A DNA stretch of 64,000 nt from Lepidodermella squamata (Eukaryota > Animalia > Gastrotricha). The position numbers and the translations under genes are program-made. The stretch spans positions 868,001 through 932,000 of the forward strand of contig JBLDXI010000024.1 of the NCBI GenBank assembly GCA_047495785.1, in the 5' to 3' direction. Under the pieces are notes generated by a model. The model made no database searches, had not been told where the DNA came from, and was given only the letters and a program-made list of their open reading frames with translations. Within the stretch, counting starts at the first letter, position 1. The number at the start of each line of letters is the position of its first letter. This document shows positions 49,191 to 62,795 of the stretch, in pieces.

Positions 49191-49929
49191 AAAGCACAGT
49201 ATTGACCACTTGAAACCATTGACTTCGCGCTTTTGCTAAGTTAATCGCCGTAACTTGTTTACCATTGCTACCGCAAGTTCTAACTTATTACCTTGTTAGG
49301 ACCTTGTAAATAAAGCAAGTTGTTGTTTTATTTACCTTTTATTCCTGGCACTTTAAAAATGAAAATCATCACGTGGGTAAAATTATGGTTTAAAAATATG
49401 AAAAATCATTTTTGGGGAATGTGGTGAAATATCAAGTAAAATGCCGGGTAATGTAATCAAAAGAAATACCGCCGATCTTATACCTCACCCCCTTAAAAGT
49501 GGTGGAAAACGCGTGCACAAAATATTTATCAATCAATGTGACCTCAGCCAAGTTATACTAATTCGGCCGAAAAGTAAGGGCATAAATCAGTTTTATACCG
49601 TCCGGTGCGATGACAGCTCCATTCTATGCCTGACGATAAGCAGCAGCCGTTATTGTTTCACTTTCCATCGACTCAAATCGCCTGTTTATTAAATTGATGA
49701 TGATAGTTTTATAACAACAAAAATTTATGATCATTTAATCCGGTGTGGTGGGCTTCTCATTTTATCTACGATTACGTTGCTAACTTTTACTTATACTACT
49801 GCTCTCTTGCATTTTTCTCGGATATTTGTTAAGATTTTTATCTATTTAATAAAACTGATCCATTTGCCAAAAATGACGCGAGTTATTTCACAATTTTATA
49901 GGGTGTGTACATATTTTTGCTGAAAAGTA

Positions 49930-51027
49930 ATGGATACAGAGAATATGGAGAAGCACCATCCTTCGTTTCTGAACAGCGATGCAGATTTGGGCATTGATGC
50001 GCTGGGAGATGATGCGCTTCAAGGTTTGATCGCCATGAAATACGACCCTGAAGACCTGGTGGCTCAGGCTAAAAGTTACAAAGAAGAGGGCAACCGCATG
50101 CTGAAAAATAACAAATTCGATCTAGCCGTAGAAAATTACACCGAAGGCCTAAAAATTGGCTGCGGCGATAATGAAACGAATGGACAGTTGTACTTCAATC
50201 GCGGCATTGCTCACTTTAAACGCGGCAACTACCGAACGGCTTTAAAAGACTTTGAGCTGGCTCAAAAAACAGCGCCGCCTTACTTCAAGGCGATTTTTAA
50301 GGCGGCTGAGTGCTGCCATAATCTCAAAAGATACGACGATGGCATGGCCTGGTGCAAGATTGGCTTCGAAATCGAGGCAGACAATAAGGTAAAAGACGAA
50401 ATTTTTGGGGAATTTTTTCTGACTATTTTTTTGTCTCAGCTTTTGATCGCATTAAATGACAAATGTAAAGCTGATAAGGAAGCATTGATAATAGCGGAAC
50501 AGAAGCGAAACGCAGCAGCAAAACGGGCGGAAATGGAGGAGCATGCATTGATGACAGCGCTCAAGTCCCACGGCGTCCGGTTCCACCCGCTGACTAATTT
50601 CACATCCGACTGGTTCAAAACGCACTGCCCTCAAAATTCGGCGCCGAAATTTGCCTCGTCAACCGACCAATCGGCTATTTGCTGGCCAATTCTACTGTCT
50701 TACCCGGAAATGAAAAAGCAAGACTTTGTCGAGTCGTTCAACGAGCAGTTACCGTTTCTCGCTATGTTGGACATGGTGCTAGGGGCGGATGCGCAGCGTA
50801 ATGACGTCGATCCGGCCTTCACGCCAGCTGCATGTGATGTTTACTTCGAAAATTCATTCAAGCGGAAAATTGTTCAGATCGACGTTAACGCGCCGCTTCT
50901 CACTACCTTGAGGCGGGCTGATTTAATCGTCCTCGATGGTACACCTGTTTTCATCGTTTTGTGCAAAGAACGGAAAGATTTTCGCTCACAATTCCTCAAA
51001 CTTTACGACAACGTTGAATTGCTGTGA
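49930..51027 (+). CDS. TTC4: Tetratricopeptide repeat protein 4 (Cns1/TTC4 HSP70/90 co-chaperone)
   Basis: ALQGLIAMKYD, three TPRs (AKSYKEEGN, LYFNRG, KAIFKAA) and C-terminal WPILLSYPE/DFVESF. Probable in-frame 51-nt intron at 50389-50439. Confidence 0.9.
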   Translation: MDTENMEKHHPSFLNSDADLGIDALGDDALQGLIAMKYDPEDLVAQAKSYKEEGNRMLKNNKFDLAVENYTEGLKIGCGDNETNGQLYFNRGIAHFKRGNYRTALKDFELAQKTAPPYFKAIFKAAECCHNLKRYDDGMAWCKIGFEIEADNKVKDEIFGEFFLTIFLSQLLIALNDKCKADKEALIIAEQKRNAAAKRAEMEEHALMTALKSHGVRFHPLTNFTSDWFKTHCPQNSAPKFASSTDQSAICWPILLSYPEMKKQDFVESFNEQLPFLAMLDMVLGADAQRNDVDPAFTPAACDVYFENSFKRKIVQIDVNAPLLTTLRRADLIVLDGTPVFIVLCKERKDFRSQFLKLYDNVELL

Positions 51028-52341
51028 AAAAATTATTTTGTTGTTGAGGATTGAAAAAAAATAAAATAAAAAAGACTGCAATTTTCCGTCAATTCGTTTC
51101 GCTTTCATTTTTTTAGAAACGTCTTCTTCAAACGTCAATCAATCATCGCTGTTTCAGTATAAGTAGTAATTTTTAAAATATTAATTATCGTATGATATTT
51201 CACATTTTTTTTACGTAACATTCGGTCAAGTATAACAAGCATTAATATACAATGCGCTATTACTCTGTAAATATTTACAAAATTCAGGGCGCGCTAAAAT
51301 GCGATACAAAAAAATCAAGCGATTTAGAGCGAGAGTTGTTTAACTATATTAATTGATCAGTTCATTCAAGTCAGGCAGGTCGTTCGATTTCGATATTTCG
51401 TAAATGTATATATACAGAAAGAAACGAAATTCTTAGGTAGCTGAAAAAATCATGGCTGGAAAGTCCATCGTCAACGATTTTAGGCAGGATGTTTCGATCT
51501 TTTATCATTACTTCGTTATACAAATGGCAGTGTCACCAATAACAGTCGTAAATTTAATATCGACTAATACAGGAAATGATATGAAAACACTTTCAGGCAA
51601 GCGATGGTCTTCCGCAGTTTAGTACACTAAAATTGTTGATGATGATGATATTAAATTGCTGATTGTTAAAGCTTCGATTGATTGAGAAAATTCTAGGACA
51701 TGTGTCATTAAAATTGGACGGACATGAAGAACAGTATGAGTTGATTAACAAATGGCTAAACTTCAACAAAAACGTCCAGGCACCGTTTAGATTATTTGTC
51801 CTCCCTTCTCGATGTTCTATAAGCAACAATCAAGAGTCGACGTAGAAACAATTATGACAGTTTGAGAGGAGGGCTTTGTTGAAGTGGTTCATATAAATAA
51901 CTAGTAAACATAAATGAGCTTTGGCATTTGTTATCCGCCTTAAAGCTACTCGCGTCCTCTGTCAACAATTAATTAAAATATTATAATTAACTGAGTTAAC
52001 AAATATATAAATTGGACGTAGCGCATAATTTATAAAAATCATTATTTCCGAAATAAATAATCAATCGATAATTATTCATTTTCAATAATAATTATGAATG
52101 GAAGTGTTTGAAGGACACAAAGTGTGATTTAACAAGAAAATTCTCCGATTGAAACAGCCGCGTTTTCGTATGATTAATATGTTTTTTTTTCACCTGGATA
52201 ATTCATGATTGTGATGGAAACGCAGCGTATTCATGTCTAGAGCGCGATCATCGTGGTCGTGTATGAGGCGCGGAGAGAGATTTTTTATAACATTCGATTG
52301 ATTGAAAAAAGATGCGACTAATTGTTCGGTCCCTCGTCTCG

Positions 52342-54776
52342 TCAGGCGTCCAAAGGCGACGAGGTGCTCGGCAGCAGCATAAGATCGTCGTTGTTGTTAC
52401 CGCCAGGCCGCCCGATCGGTCGGCTGGCGGCCTCGGCCTCAACGCGAACGGCGATAGTCGTGTTTAATGGCATAGTTGAGGAAGAAGATGCTAGATTTGA
52501 TTGAGTCACGGAGCTTTCGGCGCCCATTGCAGTTGTCGCCGTAGCCGAGGATACGAGGCCTTGAGCGGTGCTCGATCGATCACCTTTCACTTCGTTGAGC
52601 TCTTCCGATTCACCCTCAGGGCCGCTGTCACCAATAGCAGCCGAATGACCCGAAACGTGGTCTCGCCGCTACAAAAATTGGAGCAATAAAAAAGTTGGAA
52701 AAGGGGATCTTTCCGGAACTTACCCGAGTCTTTCCGCGTCTTCGAGCATTCCAACGGCGATTTAGTAGCCGCCAACACCGGGAGTGCGGCTCGAGGGATG
52801 CTAGCGATTTTGTAGACCGCCGCACATTATCGGGAGATGTGAGAGTAAGATCGGGTTCCACAAACTCGTGTTGCTGGAAAAAACGATGAAATTTAGGAAT
52901 TTTCAAAAAAATTTAAGGAGGATGTTTACAGTTGTTGATTCGAGGCATTGAAGTAGATGATGATGCTGCTGTTCGAACAGCGTCTGGTGATAACCGGCAT
53001 CGGCCGCCACGCCGGCCGCGCGCCCAGCAATGTGGCGCTTGGCCATGACGTACGACTGACAACTGGCTTTCTTGGCCATCCACGCACGCGCTTGTCGGGC
53101 TTTCTACAATCACAACGGAAAATAATTAACGAATAAATTGTTTAATCATTTTAAACTTACGAGCTGAGCTTTGCGTTTATCAGAGCGCTGATTTTGATGG
53201 TAGATTCGGCTGAAGTTGGACACAATGACAGGCACCGGAAGCGCGATGACAAGGACACCGCTGAGCGAACATGCTGTTCCAATGATCTTGCCAACGACCG
53301 TCGTCGGGACCATATCACCGTAACTAGAAAAAATCGAAAAATATATGAGTAATTTTTCTAATCTTAGTTCAACATTTAATAAGAAAGGATTTCCCCCGAG
53401 AAAAACGTGAGAAAAAACGTACCCTAGCGTCGTCATAGTAACGACGGTGTACCAGGCGGCGGCAGGAATGCTGCTGAAGCTAGGCGTCGCGCTCTTTTCG
53501 CAGTAGTACATCACAGTAGCAAATATCACGACGGCCATGGTTAACGAGAACAGAAGGAAGCCCAATTCGCTGGCACACGACTTCAGCGTATAACCGAGTA
53601 TGCGCAAACCCTGTATGAAAAAGAACCGAAAAAAATTGGATGAAAGATGATTGATGACATAATGTGAATTTTAAAATGTTGAAGCTGAGAATCATGTATT
53701 TTAATTTCGAAAGCTTAAGCAACGTCAAAATTCGAATTTGTTAATATTGGATATGACTTTTTCCCTATCATTAAGGAATTTTCCAATAAGGAATAACTAG
53801 AAAATTTCCCTTCAATCAGCCTAATGCCGATGTTGATGAGTTTGCTTACCTGTGAGTGTCTCGAGAATTTGAAGATACGGAAAACTCGAAAGACTCTGAG
53901 TGTAACGAACGCGCCGCTAACGTCCTTGTGCGCCTCCGAGACGAAGAGGCTGATGTAGTACGGCATGATGGCGACAACGTCGATGACGGACATGACGCTG
54001 CGCATGAACTTGCAGCGTTCAGGCGCCGAGTACAACCGAATGACGTACTCGACGGTGAAAATGATGACACAGGCCGTGTCTAGGCAGAAGAAAATGTCCT
54101 GATACGCGTCGCCACACGCCAGGTTTTTCCCCGTCTCGGGCACCACGCCGCACGGTATGGTCTCGACGACGTTGGCCAGCACCGATATGGCTATGAAGAA
54201 GCCAGTTACGTAATAAAAGACAACACCGACTGTCGACGATTGCGGGTTTTCAAACGCCCGCCACATCGTCTGGCGGAAATTGAGCCCGGAAACTTTACCG
54301 TCACCATCGCCGTCCTCAGACCCGCGATCGTCCATCATCTTCTCGGCGAAATCGCGCTTCCGATCGCGGTAGTCCTCGTAGCAGCAATCGCCGATAATGT
54401 CCGGCATAACGCCGAAAAACGCGAGCTCCTCCTCGTAGGCCTGCACGCACTCCTGTTTCGGGAAATGCAGCTTGCCAGACCGGTAATAGTTGAGTATGTG
54501 CCGGAAGATTTCGGGGTCGCGGTCGAAGAAGTACTCGTTCGTTGTTTCGTCGTAGAAGAACTCGCGCTCATCGGAGCCGAGCAGCGTTTCGGGGTAGCGT
54601 TCCAGCGTCGACCGCCACACCTCGAACACGCGCCCGGACACGTTGATGCGAATTTTGGCGTCGACATGCGAGCGGCCTTTCTCGACGCGCAGGGGCGGCA
54701 GCGGCTGTTTCGAGATGGGCGCCCAGCCGATCGCCGCTGCGCGCGCGAACGGCAGCCAGGCGGCGACTGAAGCCAT
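52342..54776 (-). CDS. Shal: Voltage-gated potassium channel Shal/Kv4 (6 exons, about 642 aa)
   Basis: Exons 54776-53850, 53610-53423, 53323-53161, 53103-52930, 52873-52724, 52668-52342. [15 protein letters not shown]-terminus, T1 domain, S4 [15 protein letters not shown], pore TMTTLGYGD, and [13 protein letters not shown]. Confidence 0.97.
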
Positions 54777-54989
54777 GGCGCTGGCGATAACTGTCGACTA
54801 TCAACGGTGTTCTCGTTCAGGATTTGCAATCTAATAAGCTGTTCAGAGCCGATGAGCGATTCAAACCACCACCGACCAGCAGCATATCAGCAGCAGCTTA
54901 TCCGATGCCTCGCTAATTCCGCTAACATCGACCTCAGATCTCAGCAGTGGCTCGGCATTAAAAAACAATTGTTAATTGATGTCTCCGCG

Positions 54990-55020
54990 TAACAATAATA
55001 ATAATAATAATAACAATAAA
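54990..55020. repeat. (AAT)n microsatellite; similar tracts near 58207, 60238 and 60781
   Basis: Directly visible AAT/ATT trinucleotide runs. Confidence 0.8.
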
Positions 55021-58000
55021 ACAATCCTACTTTCGAATAAAAAAATAATATATTAATTAATAATTATTAGGAAACAACTGAGTGCATTTGATAATTACCG
55101 AAATTGCAATAACAATATCTCGAAAACTGGCATGAAATAATTTCATTATTATCGACTGATGTGTTTCAACGCGTCTCTATGGTCGTCGTACGTATATATC
55201 GAAGGGCGGAGTGTTTACGATATACACAAAACTGCTATGATGTTTTCAGAAAAATATTGGAGCCATTTCGCGGCGTTTCCTGTCGCGCACGATTTTGCCC
55301 TTTTTACTCGGCGGTTTAGCGGCGCACAAAAGCCATTCATGACAAAGCAGCAGCAGCAGCAGCGCGCCTAGGCTCTTACCGGCTATGAAAGTATATTGCG
55401 CGCGATTCTACTTGGGCTGAGAAAAATGTACATGCGATCTTCGGCTCGCGTTGATTTTTGCTGTTATCATACTCGTATAATAATAGTAATAATAATTTTA
55501 CATATCGCCGCGTTTTCAAATTATTTCCATCGCCGCCTGCGCGCGACCGTGTATCGGCAGCAATCGTATGGCCATATCGGTTCAGGCCACCGCTGGGTCA
55601 TAGAGGTTTTATTGCTGCGCCTCTGAAGTAATCATACTACTAATATTTTATCGCGATTCGAGAGAATCTATGCATTATGCGCATAGTAATAAAATCTATA
55701 GGTATGTCTTCGGTGCCAAGTCACTCCATACACACGTATATGAACATGTAAATATGTGCGCTAAAATCTAGAAATTATGAATCGATCGTAGCTTTTTTCA
55801 GTGCACTATTATCGCGAAATCATGGCCTCGCTGATTTTTTTTATCGCTGTGCATCATATACTAGTGCTGTTAATAATATTAGCAGCTTTTTCGCTGGCGC
55901 AATTCAATCGCTTGACAAAAAACTATATACGCGCATGTGCGTCATTTTTATTACGCGCGCCTGTTTGCTCGTTGCTGGCTCGCGAGCCGCGCCGCTGTTG
56001 AAAAGTCGCCGATACACTGCCGATCTATGATGTGTGTATGTGCGCGCGGCACCGACGGCTGATTGACAAAGATTCGATCGCATTATAAAAGCTTTTATTA
56101 ACGGGCGGCGTTTACGAGAGCAAGCTTTTATCGCGCCTGATTTTGTTCTGCGCGATAGAAGTGATGGCATTAATTTCAAATTGACCATTAAAAGCCTCAT
56201 TGATAGCTTCTAATTTCTACTGCGAATTTCCCGCTTAAGAACACTATTTGATTCAACTAAATGGGTTACTCATATAAAATTATTAGGGCGACTTATTGAG
56301 CTGATTGATTTTTTTCGGTGCGAGATGTAACACGCGCACTTGAACGATTTTATGACTATTGAGTGGTGTCTATTGCCGCACCTGATGCGCACCTTAATTG
56401 CCGCAAGTTAAAATCAATCGAACGTTGGAAACACCTACGGTAAATATTATTCTTGGCCACGGCGACGTGTATCAGTTAGGCCTTATGACGTTCATCGTCA
56501 TTAAATTTGTAATAAAATGTAAATACCTTGTAAAAAAAATTCAAGAGTCGATTCTATGAGACTATCAATGAGATGTTATATTCCGTGTTATTTTGTGGAC
56601 CATCGCGTCGACGAGTCTGCACTGAATGGAAAAAGAATATGCTAACAAAGCGGCTCAGATGCGTAATGGAGATAGGGACGGAAAAAATGGAGCGAAGAGT
56701 GCTTTTCTTATATAATGGAAATAAGAATAGCTGACAAGGGGATACAAAAACTGAGTAAGGCGCCGGCGTTTGCGATAAAAAAAACTAGAAGTTAAAAAAT
56801 GTGATATACTATATTTGTTCGCCGATGTGAGATAGAAATCCGTAAAGGACATAATATATAAGCCTATTTTTACATAATGGCTTTGTCTCTATTTCCATGT
56901 ATAGCGAAACGCAAAAAGTCACACTGCGCTCACTAGAGTTATTGTAATAAACATCGATTTTCATCGCGTGTACATCGTTTGCTTTTAAAAGCCGACTCTT
57001 TTCATATATGGATCCTAATATACAGCAATGGTGCAGAAAATCAAGCGCCATTATATGCGGAAAACAACAAGACTTTATTTCTCACCGGACGGCTATACAT
57101 ATTCGTAACATGTCGGCCCGAAGGGCTATATCGCATTTCTAACAATTGTAATACTTGAAAAAAATGAATGAAAATTCATAAGGAGAAAGGCGGGACAAGT
57201 AGATGTGAGAAATTTACTCGTGATGTATTAGGACGAGAAAATTGCACGTTGCATACAGGTATACTGGGTGATTCAATAGAAAGCAGGCGCTGAATGGATG
57301 TGTATCGAGCCGCGCTTATCGAATTTTGCTCGCCCATGAGGACGATGTGTTATTTAGATTAAATACTATACTGTCAAAACTACCAATAGCCGCGCCTGCG
57401 CGCGGCCGTCCATTGGTTATTAAAATTTAATGCCTACTTTCACGTATGCGGTTTTGCTCACAGCACGCATAACCTGTATTTTTTATATATTCAGCGGCGA
57501 CTATTGTTCACTATATTATAATTCAATAGCTAAAATGAAGTTAAAGACGAGCTCTTAGTCGCTATTGGCGGCAACGAGCGCGGCTGATAAAACGGTACAT
57601 CATGTCTTTGACAAATAGGTATATAACATGTGAAAAGATCTTGTAAAACAGGTAATTTTCTTGTTATCCAAGTGCAAAAAACTACGACACTCGTGTAAAA
57701 CCCTCGTTATATCAATAGAGAGAGACGGAGCATTTTTTCGCGTTTATACAGATGAATAGATAATGACAGCAAAAAATTCAGCTTTGATAGTCGAGTTCTT
57801 CGGCGCCTGCCGGCCGTTCACTGGCCGTGGTAAAAATCACTTGAAGACGAAACCTTGCGAGTAATGATTATCATAACGTAATAATATATGTTAAACAAAA
57901 CGCCACCGGCCGTCGAGAAAACGAAAGGTGGTGCCCATATTATTGTAAATAAATGTTGTGTTGATTGCTCTACATCAAATAAAGCAGCCGGCTGTTTAGG

Positions 58001-61000
58001 CAGCCAAAAATTATCCAAACTAAGACGCGCGTACCCGGTTAAAAAATCAAGCCTGAGAGCGCTAGATATATAAAAATAACAACGCCAAGATTTCGCCCTT
58101 GCGCATATTGCGCATCATATACCGCGGAAGGGCGTCGAAAAATAAACGTGCCTATATCAGCAACAGATGAAACAACAGGTCTAGTGATGGAACTTACGTT
58201 AAAATATTAATAATAATAATAATAATAGAACGGCGATGTGAGCGCGATGAATTATTCGGAATTATGATAATACAGCGCGCAAAAAGTCTGGTGGCCGACG
58301 TATATAAGGGCAGAAAAAAAATGATAGGCGATGATCCAGTGTCATTGTTATCATTGAGGCATTTATGTAATTGCTTTACACTGCGCGAAAAACCTATCGC
58401 ACGTGCGCGCATTGGGTGGGCCGGGCCGACTGTAGGTATATACACCGAATATAGGAAGAATATCGAGTAGCCATTGCGCTTCATTTGTGATCGCGTATCC
58501 ACAACCAGCCTAAAGTAAAGCCGGTAAACGCGCATAGACATATCGAAACCCCACCTTTTTGATACATCGTTGAAGGATAAATACAAGTATACCGCCTAAA
58601 TCGCTGGCAACTGATGAAGGCTATTTCGAACATGGTCTAAAGTGGTAGCCTTATAATATAGTAGCCTAACTTCCATCAACTCATTGTTTTTACGGCTAAA
58701 AGATTTTTGGCAGATATAAAAATAAAAAACGCATATCGCAAAATTACTCGTGCGTCTGGCTCGAGACAAATTTGCTGCCAAAATGTTTATCAGGAATCAT
58801 GGGAATCCAATAAAAGTTGCGCATCAGGTAAAGAATCCGAGTTTGACGTGTAAATATTTGTTATATATCAACGATACAAAAGTCCATTTCTGCAATTAAT
58901 AATATGAAGACGAAAGCCTGCTGTACAGTATATAATGATTTTTATCCGCAATAATTGAGTACAATTTTTTATAAGAATTTTATGCCTATAAAAAAATCAC
59001 TGCCTCGTTAAATTTTTGCGTCGAAGTTGAAGGCAAGAAGCGAGTGGCCAATATACGCAGCATAAAGATGTGACCTTGTATGCGAAGCATTGAAATGTTG
59101 ATAATGAGTTGAATCAACGGACGGATGCTGGCTAGACGCAACAAATCTGACATGAGGAGGATGCGTGTAGCTTTTGTCCCATATTAGCCTGATACATGAA
59201 TGATTATTATATTGGACTATGCCTATCGCCGGCAGCATCGGTCAGCAGTCATCTATGAGTGAGCATCTTTTAGGGGGCAAAATGGCCTCTGTTCGATCGG
59301 CTCGCGTTTGTCGTCGAAAATGCAAGCCATTAATGTTACAATAATACATACGCTGCTTTGGCCCTTATTATTATTATTTTGACTATTATTGCAGCCATTT
59401 AAAAACTTAGTGCTATTAATGTTATGTAGATGTATCATGCACTCCGGCGGCTGCTGCTCATGACGATGAGGCGTGTGCTCTTTCGCAGGGGGAGTATAGG
59501 AAGTCACATTATTGAGTGAGGATGAGGGGTAGCCTAGCATATAGTATGGGGATGAAGACAGCAGTGAATTTCAATAGGCGCGACAACGATACAAATGGAC
59601 GCGCGACGCGACTACTGATGGATGACGGCGAGATATATCGGCGGCCACAGAGGCAGCTGCCGACGTGAAAAATATACACTCTCTAATGCCTAACTTTTCG
59701 CCGCAAATATATTATTAGCGAACTCGGCTTAATAATAGCAACACACATGGTGATAATAATAGGAATAATACGATTGCGGGCGGGCGAATAAAGGGCCGAA
59801 ATGTGATGACTCGGCGCGTGAGACGCCTATTGCCGAATCGATTCAATTTTCGATCTTTGTGGTAGCCGGGTGTGGCGCAGGGTATCTTTTCGCCTCGTCC
59901 CTAATCATAATGCATATTCGCCGCTCGTCGCGTGTCTGGTGCTGGCGCAGCGGATCATCGATGCGTCTTATAACCCAGCATTTTTCCCCGGGACCGCGAG
60001 CGAGCGCGCGCGCGTCGACATTTTTGTGTGTATACTACAAATGTTGCAGACGCGGGCGCGAGACCAGAGCCGCCGAAGATGCGCGCGCATGCGGCTGTTG
60101 TAGCTATTACTATTACAACATACTATTTGCGCAGTAGCAACGCCTGAGACAAGAAAGACGGCGCCTGGGAGACACGCCCGGCAAAAAGCGGCCGCCGAGA
60201 CGCCGAGATGGCAAATAGCAAAGCGCATTGATGATTGATAATAATAATAATAGTAATAATAATAGTAATATTAAGGTGGCGGCGGATTTGTGCGCGCACG
60301 GCCGTAAAAAGACCAATCGAACGCGGGGCGATGGCGATTTATATGGCGGCCGAAAAGTGCGCGTTTGGCGTCATGTTTATATACACGGCTCCACATCGGC
60401 GTTCCTCAAGTTTCCGAAAATTTTTCATAATAATAATGATAAGAATAAGAATGTTGTAGTAATACTGCGCAGATATATTGCGCCCATCTCGGGCGCGGCG
60501 TGTTTTTATAAGGCACCACCACCACCACCACCACTATTATTGTTTTGGCACTGAAATATAAAGACGACGCGATGATGTGGTGCGCGATCTGGGTATATCT
60601 TTATTGGGAAAACAAAATTTTCATACCAACGTACTGTAAGCGCGCGACGACTTTTGTATAATAAGACTATTTTTTTCCTTATTTTTATTATAATTTTATT
60701 TCCCTCGCAAGCACGGCCAGAATTTAACAGCACGCAGACACTTGTCGATCGGACAAATCGATGTATCACCAGCACGTTTTTTATTATTATTATTATTATC
60801 ACCCTCAAAGTGCCTAATATGCATGCATTCGGCGCGCGCTTGACAAATCAGGCGCCAGATGTCTCTAATGTCGCGCGCGGGCCGATATCGTCCGGCCGGC
60901 CGGTCGGCTATAGAATGCATAGTACAAAAAGTGGTCAAAACACAGAAAAAAGGCCATCTATCCTTCCATATAGTGCGAGAAGGCAGGCCATATGGCCACA

Positions 61001-61740
61001 CTCGAATTCATCAGGATTCTGGAGCCGCACTCAAGCATATGCGCTCGAATTCACCCGGCAACAAGTGCGCTAATTAACTATGTATCTAGTATATTCAGCA
61101 ACTGATAACATGATCGCAGGTCGTCGATATTGAGTTCCGCTCTGCCTTGTTATTTTCACAAACTGATCAACTGAGAAAATCCGCTTTTCGTCTTTTTCAG
61201 CACTAAGGTGAGGAAAATGTGAGGCACGCCGTGAGAAGCTAAGGTCCCATCCGTCGCTTTTGCTCGATAATTAAGCGGAACGGTGCGTGTAGTTGTAGCT
61301 GAAGGCATTTTCGAAAGGTAAAGCCAGCTTAATCTACTCGATTATGGTCATAATTAAAGTCATTATGAGCTCGCATTCTCAGGTGTGCTTGGTTGGAACA
61401 AAATGAATTACTTTTGCATACTGTCCCGTGGCTATCATACGAGGACAGCAATTTGTTGTGATGAAAAAAATGATGAAAAAGTAAAAAAACACAATTATAT
61501 CAAGAATATTCGGAATTTATTTACAACTCATAGGCTTCGACTGTAAGAAGGACCCCCATCAGGAAAATATTCAACTGTAACATGTTCTTTGAAGAAAAAT
61601 CCAAGGAATGGTCCATCTTCGAAAGCTTCAGAACTTACGCTTGTTACCAATGCTTGCTGAAAACTTTTTTATTTCATATTAAGTTACTTTTTATTTTGGG
61701 GAACCTCCAAATCAGATTTCTGAAGGTGTTGGGAAATATT

Positions 61741-62017
61741 CCCTAGTGAAAATCGGTTGCACAAAACTGACGAAAAATGCAGATTGCACCAAAATGCTGC
61801 TTAATTTGGCACTTCCACTCTGAGGTATTTAGCAAAAACTTTCAAAATTGACCATTTTTCAGGCAACAATTTTTGTAGAAAAGCGCAATGAGCAACTTTT
61901 AAATGGTGAATTTTGAAAGTTTTTGCTAAATACCTCAGAGTGGAGGTGCCAAATTAAGCAGCATTTTGGTGCAATCTGCATTTTTCGTCAGTTTTGTGCA
62001 ACCGATTTTCACTAGGG
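61741..62017. mobile_element. MITE (277 bp) with long terminal inverted repeats
   Basis: Arms of about 117 bp starting CCCTAGTGAAAATCGG with 2 mismatches and a spacer of about 43 bp. Flanked by TT on both sides (possible 2-bp TSD). Confidence 0.92.
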
Positions 62018-62795
62018 TTATTGTTTCCTAAAATACAAAACTGAGTAAAATTCGCCTTTCTGTCAAGTTACGACTACATTTCGTAGTCTATTTTTCTATT
62101 TTATTTGAGCCACGCTTGAAACTAAAATTAGTTGAAGCGCGTGGGAGATATTTTTAGCCAGAGGGAACTCCTAAAACCGTGCGCCACATCAACATTTCAG
62201 TTATAAATAATATTAGCGCGACCATGGTATGAAAAAATAGACGGGGACATGTCTCATAGATACAGTCGAATAAATTCAATTATATTGGCTGAAGTTGAAA
62301 GAGGATGAAATTGATCCTTTCCTGATCATAAACGATTTGATGACGAACGAGATGAACGAATGTGCCGCTTGAAAAGTCGATGCCGTATTATCGCATTCAA
62401 ATGGCAGCAAAAATTAGTCAATAAAAAAATAGACCCAATTTTCAAAGATAAAAATTGAGTTTTTCTAAAAAAAACCATCTCGAAAAATGTCCAGTCCTGT
62501 GAACTAAATTTTCGAATGACGGTCGAAATAGGACCGAAAAATCTCGCAGATGTCAAACCCGCAGCTGGCCCCATATTTCTTGTCATAATTTCAGCTTTTT
62601 TCCTAATAATGAAATGATTAGAGGCTGTCAACATTGAGATGGACGAAACTAGTGTGAAAATCGTAAACAGAGGTGAGCTACACGCAAATCGAAGATAAGC
62701 TACCATGGTTATTCATGAATAATGACATTGTTGTTTACAATCGAGTTCAATCGAGTTCTCACACTTGTTGAACTCATGCTCAGTAAAATTTAACC

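Noticed and set aside
55159-61077. Numerous 60-140 aa ORFs upstream of Shal
   Set aside because: Low-complexity translations of microsatellite-rich non-coding DNA (poly-I, poly-N) with no domain motifs.
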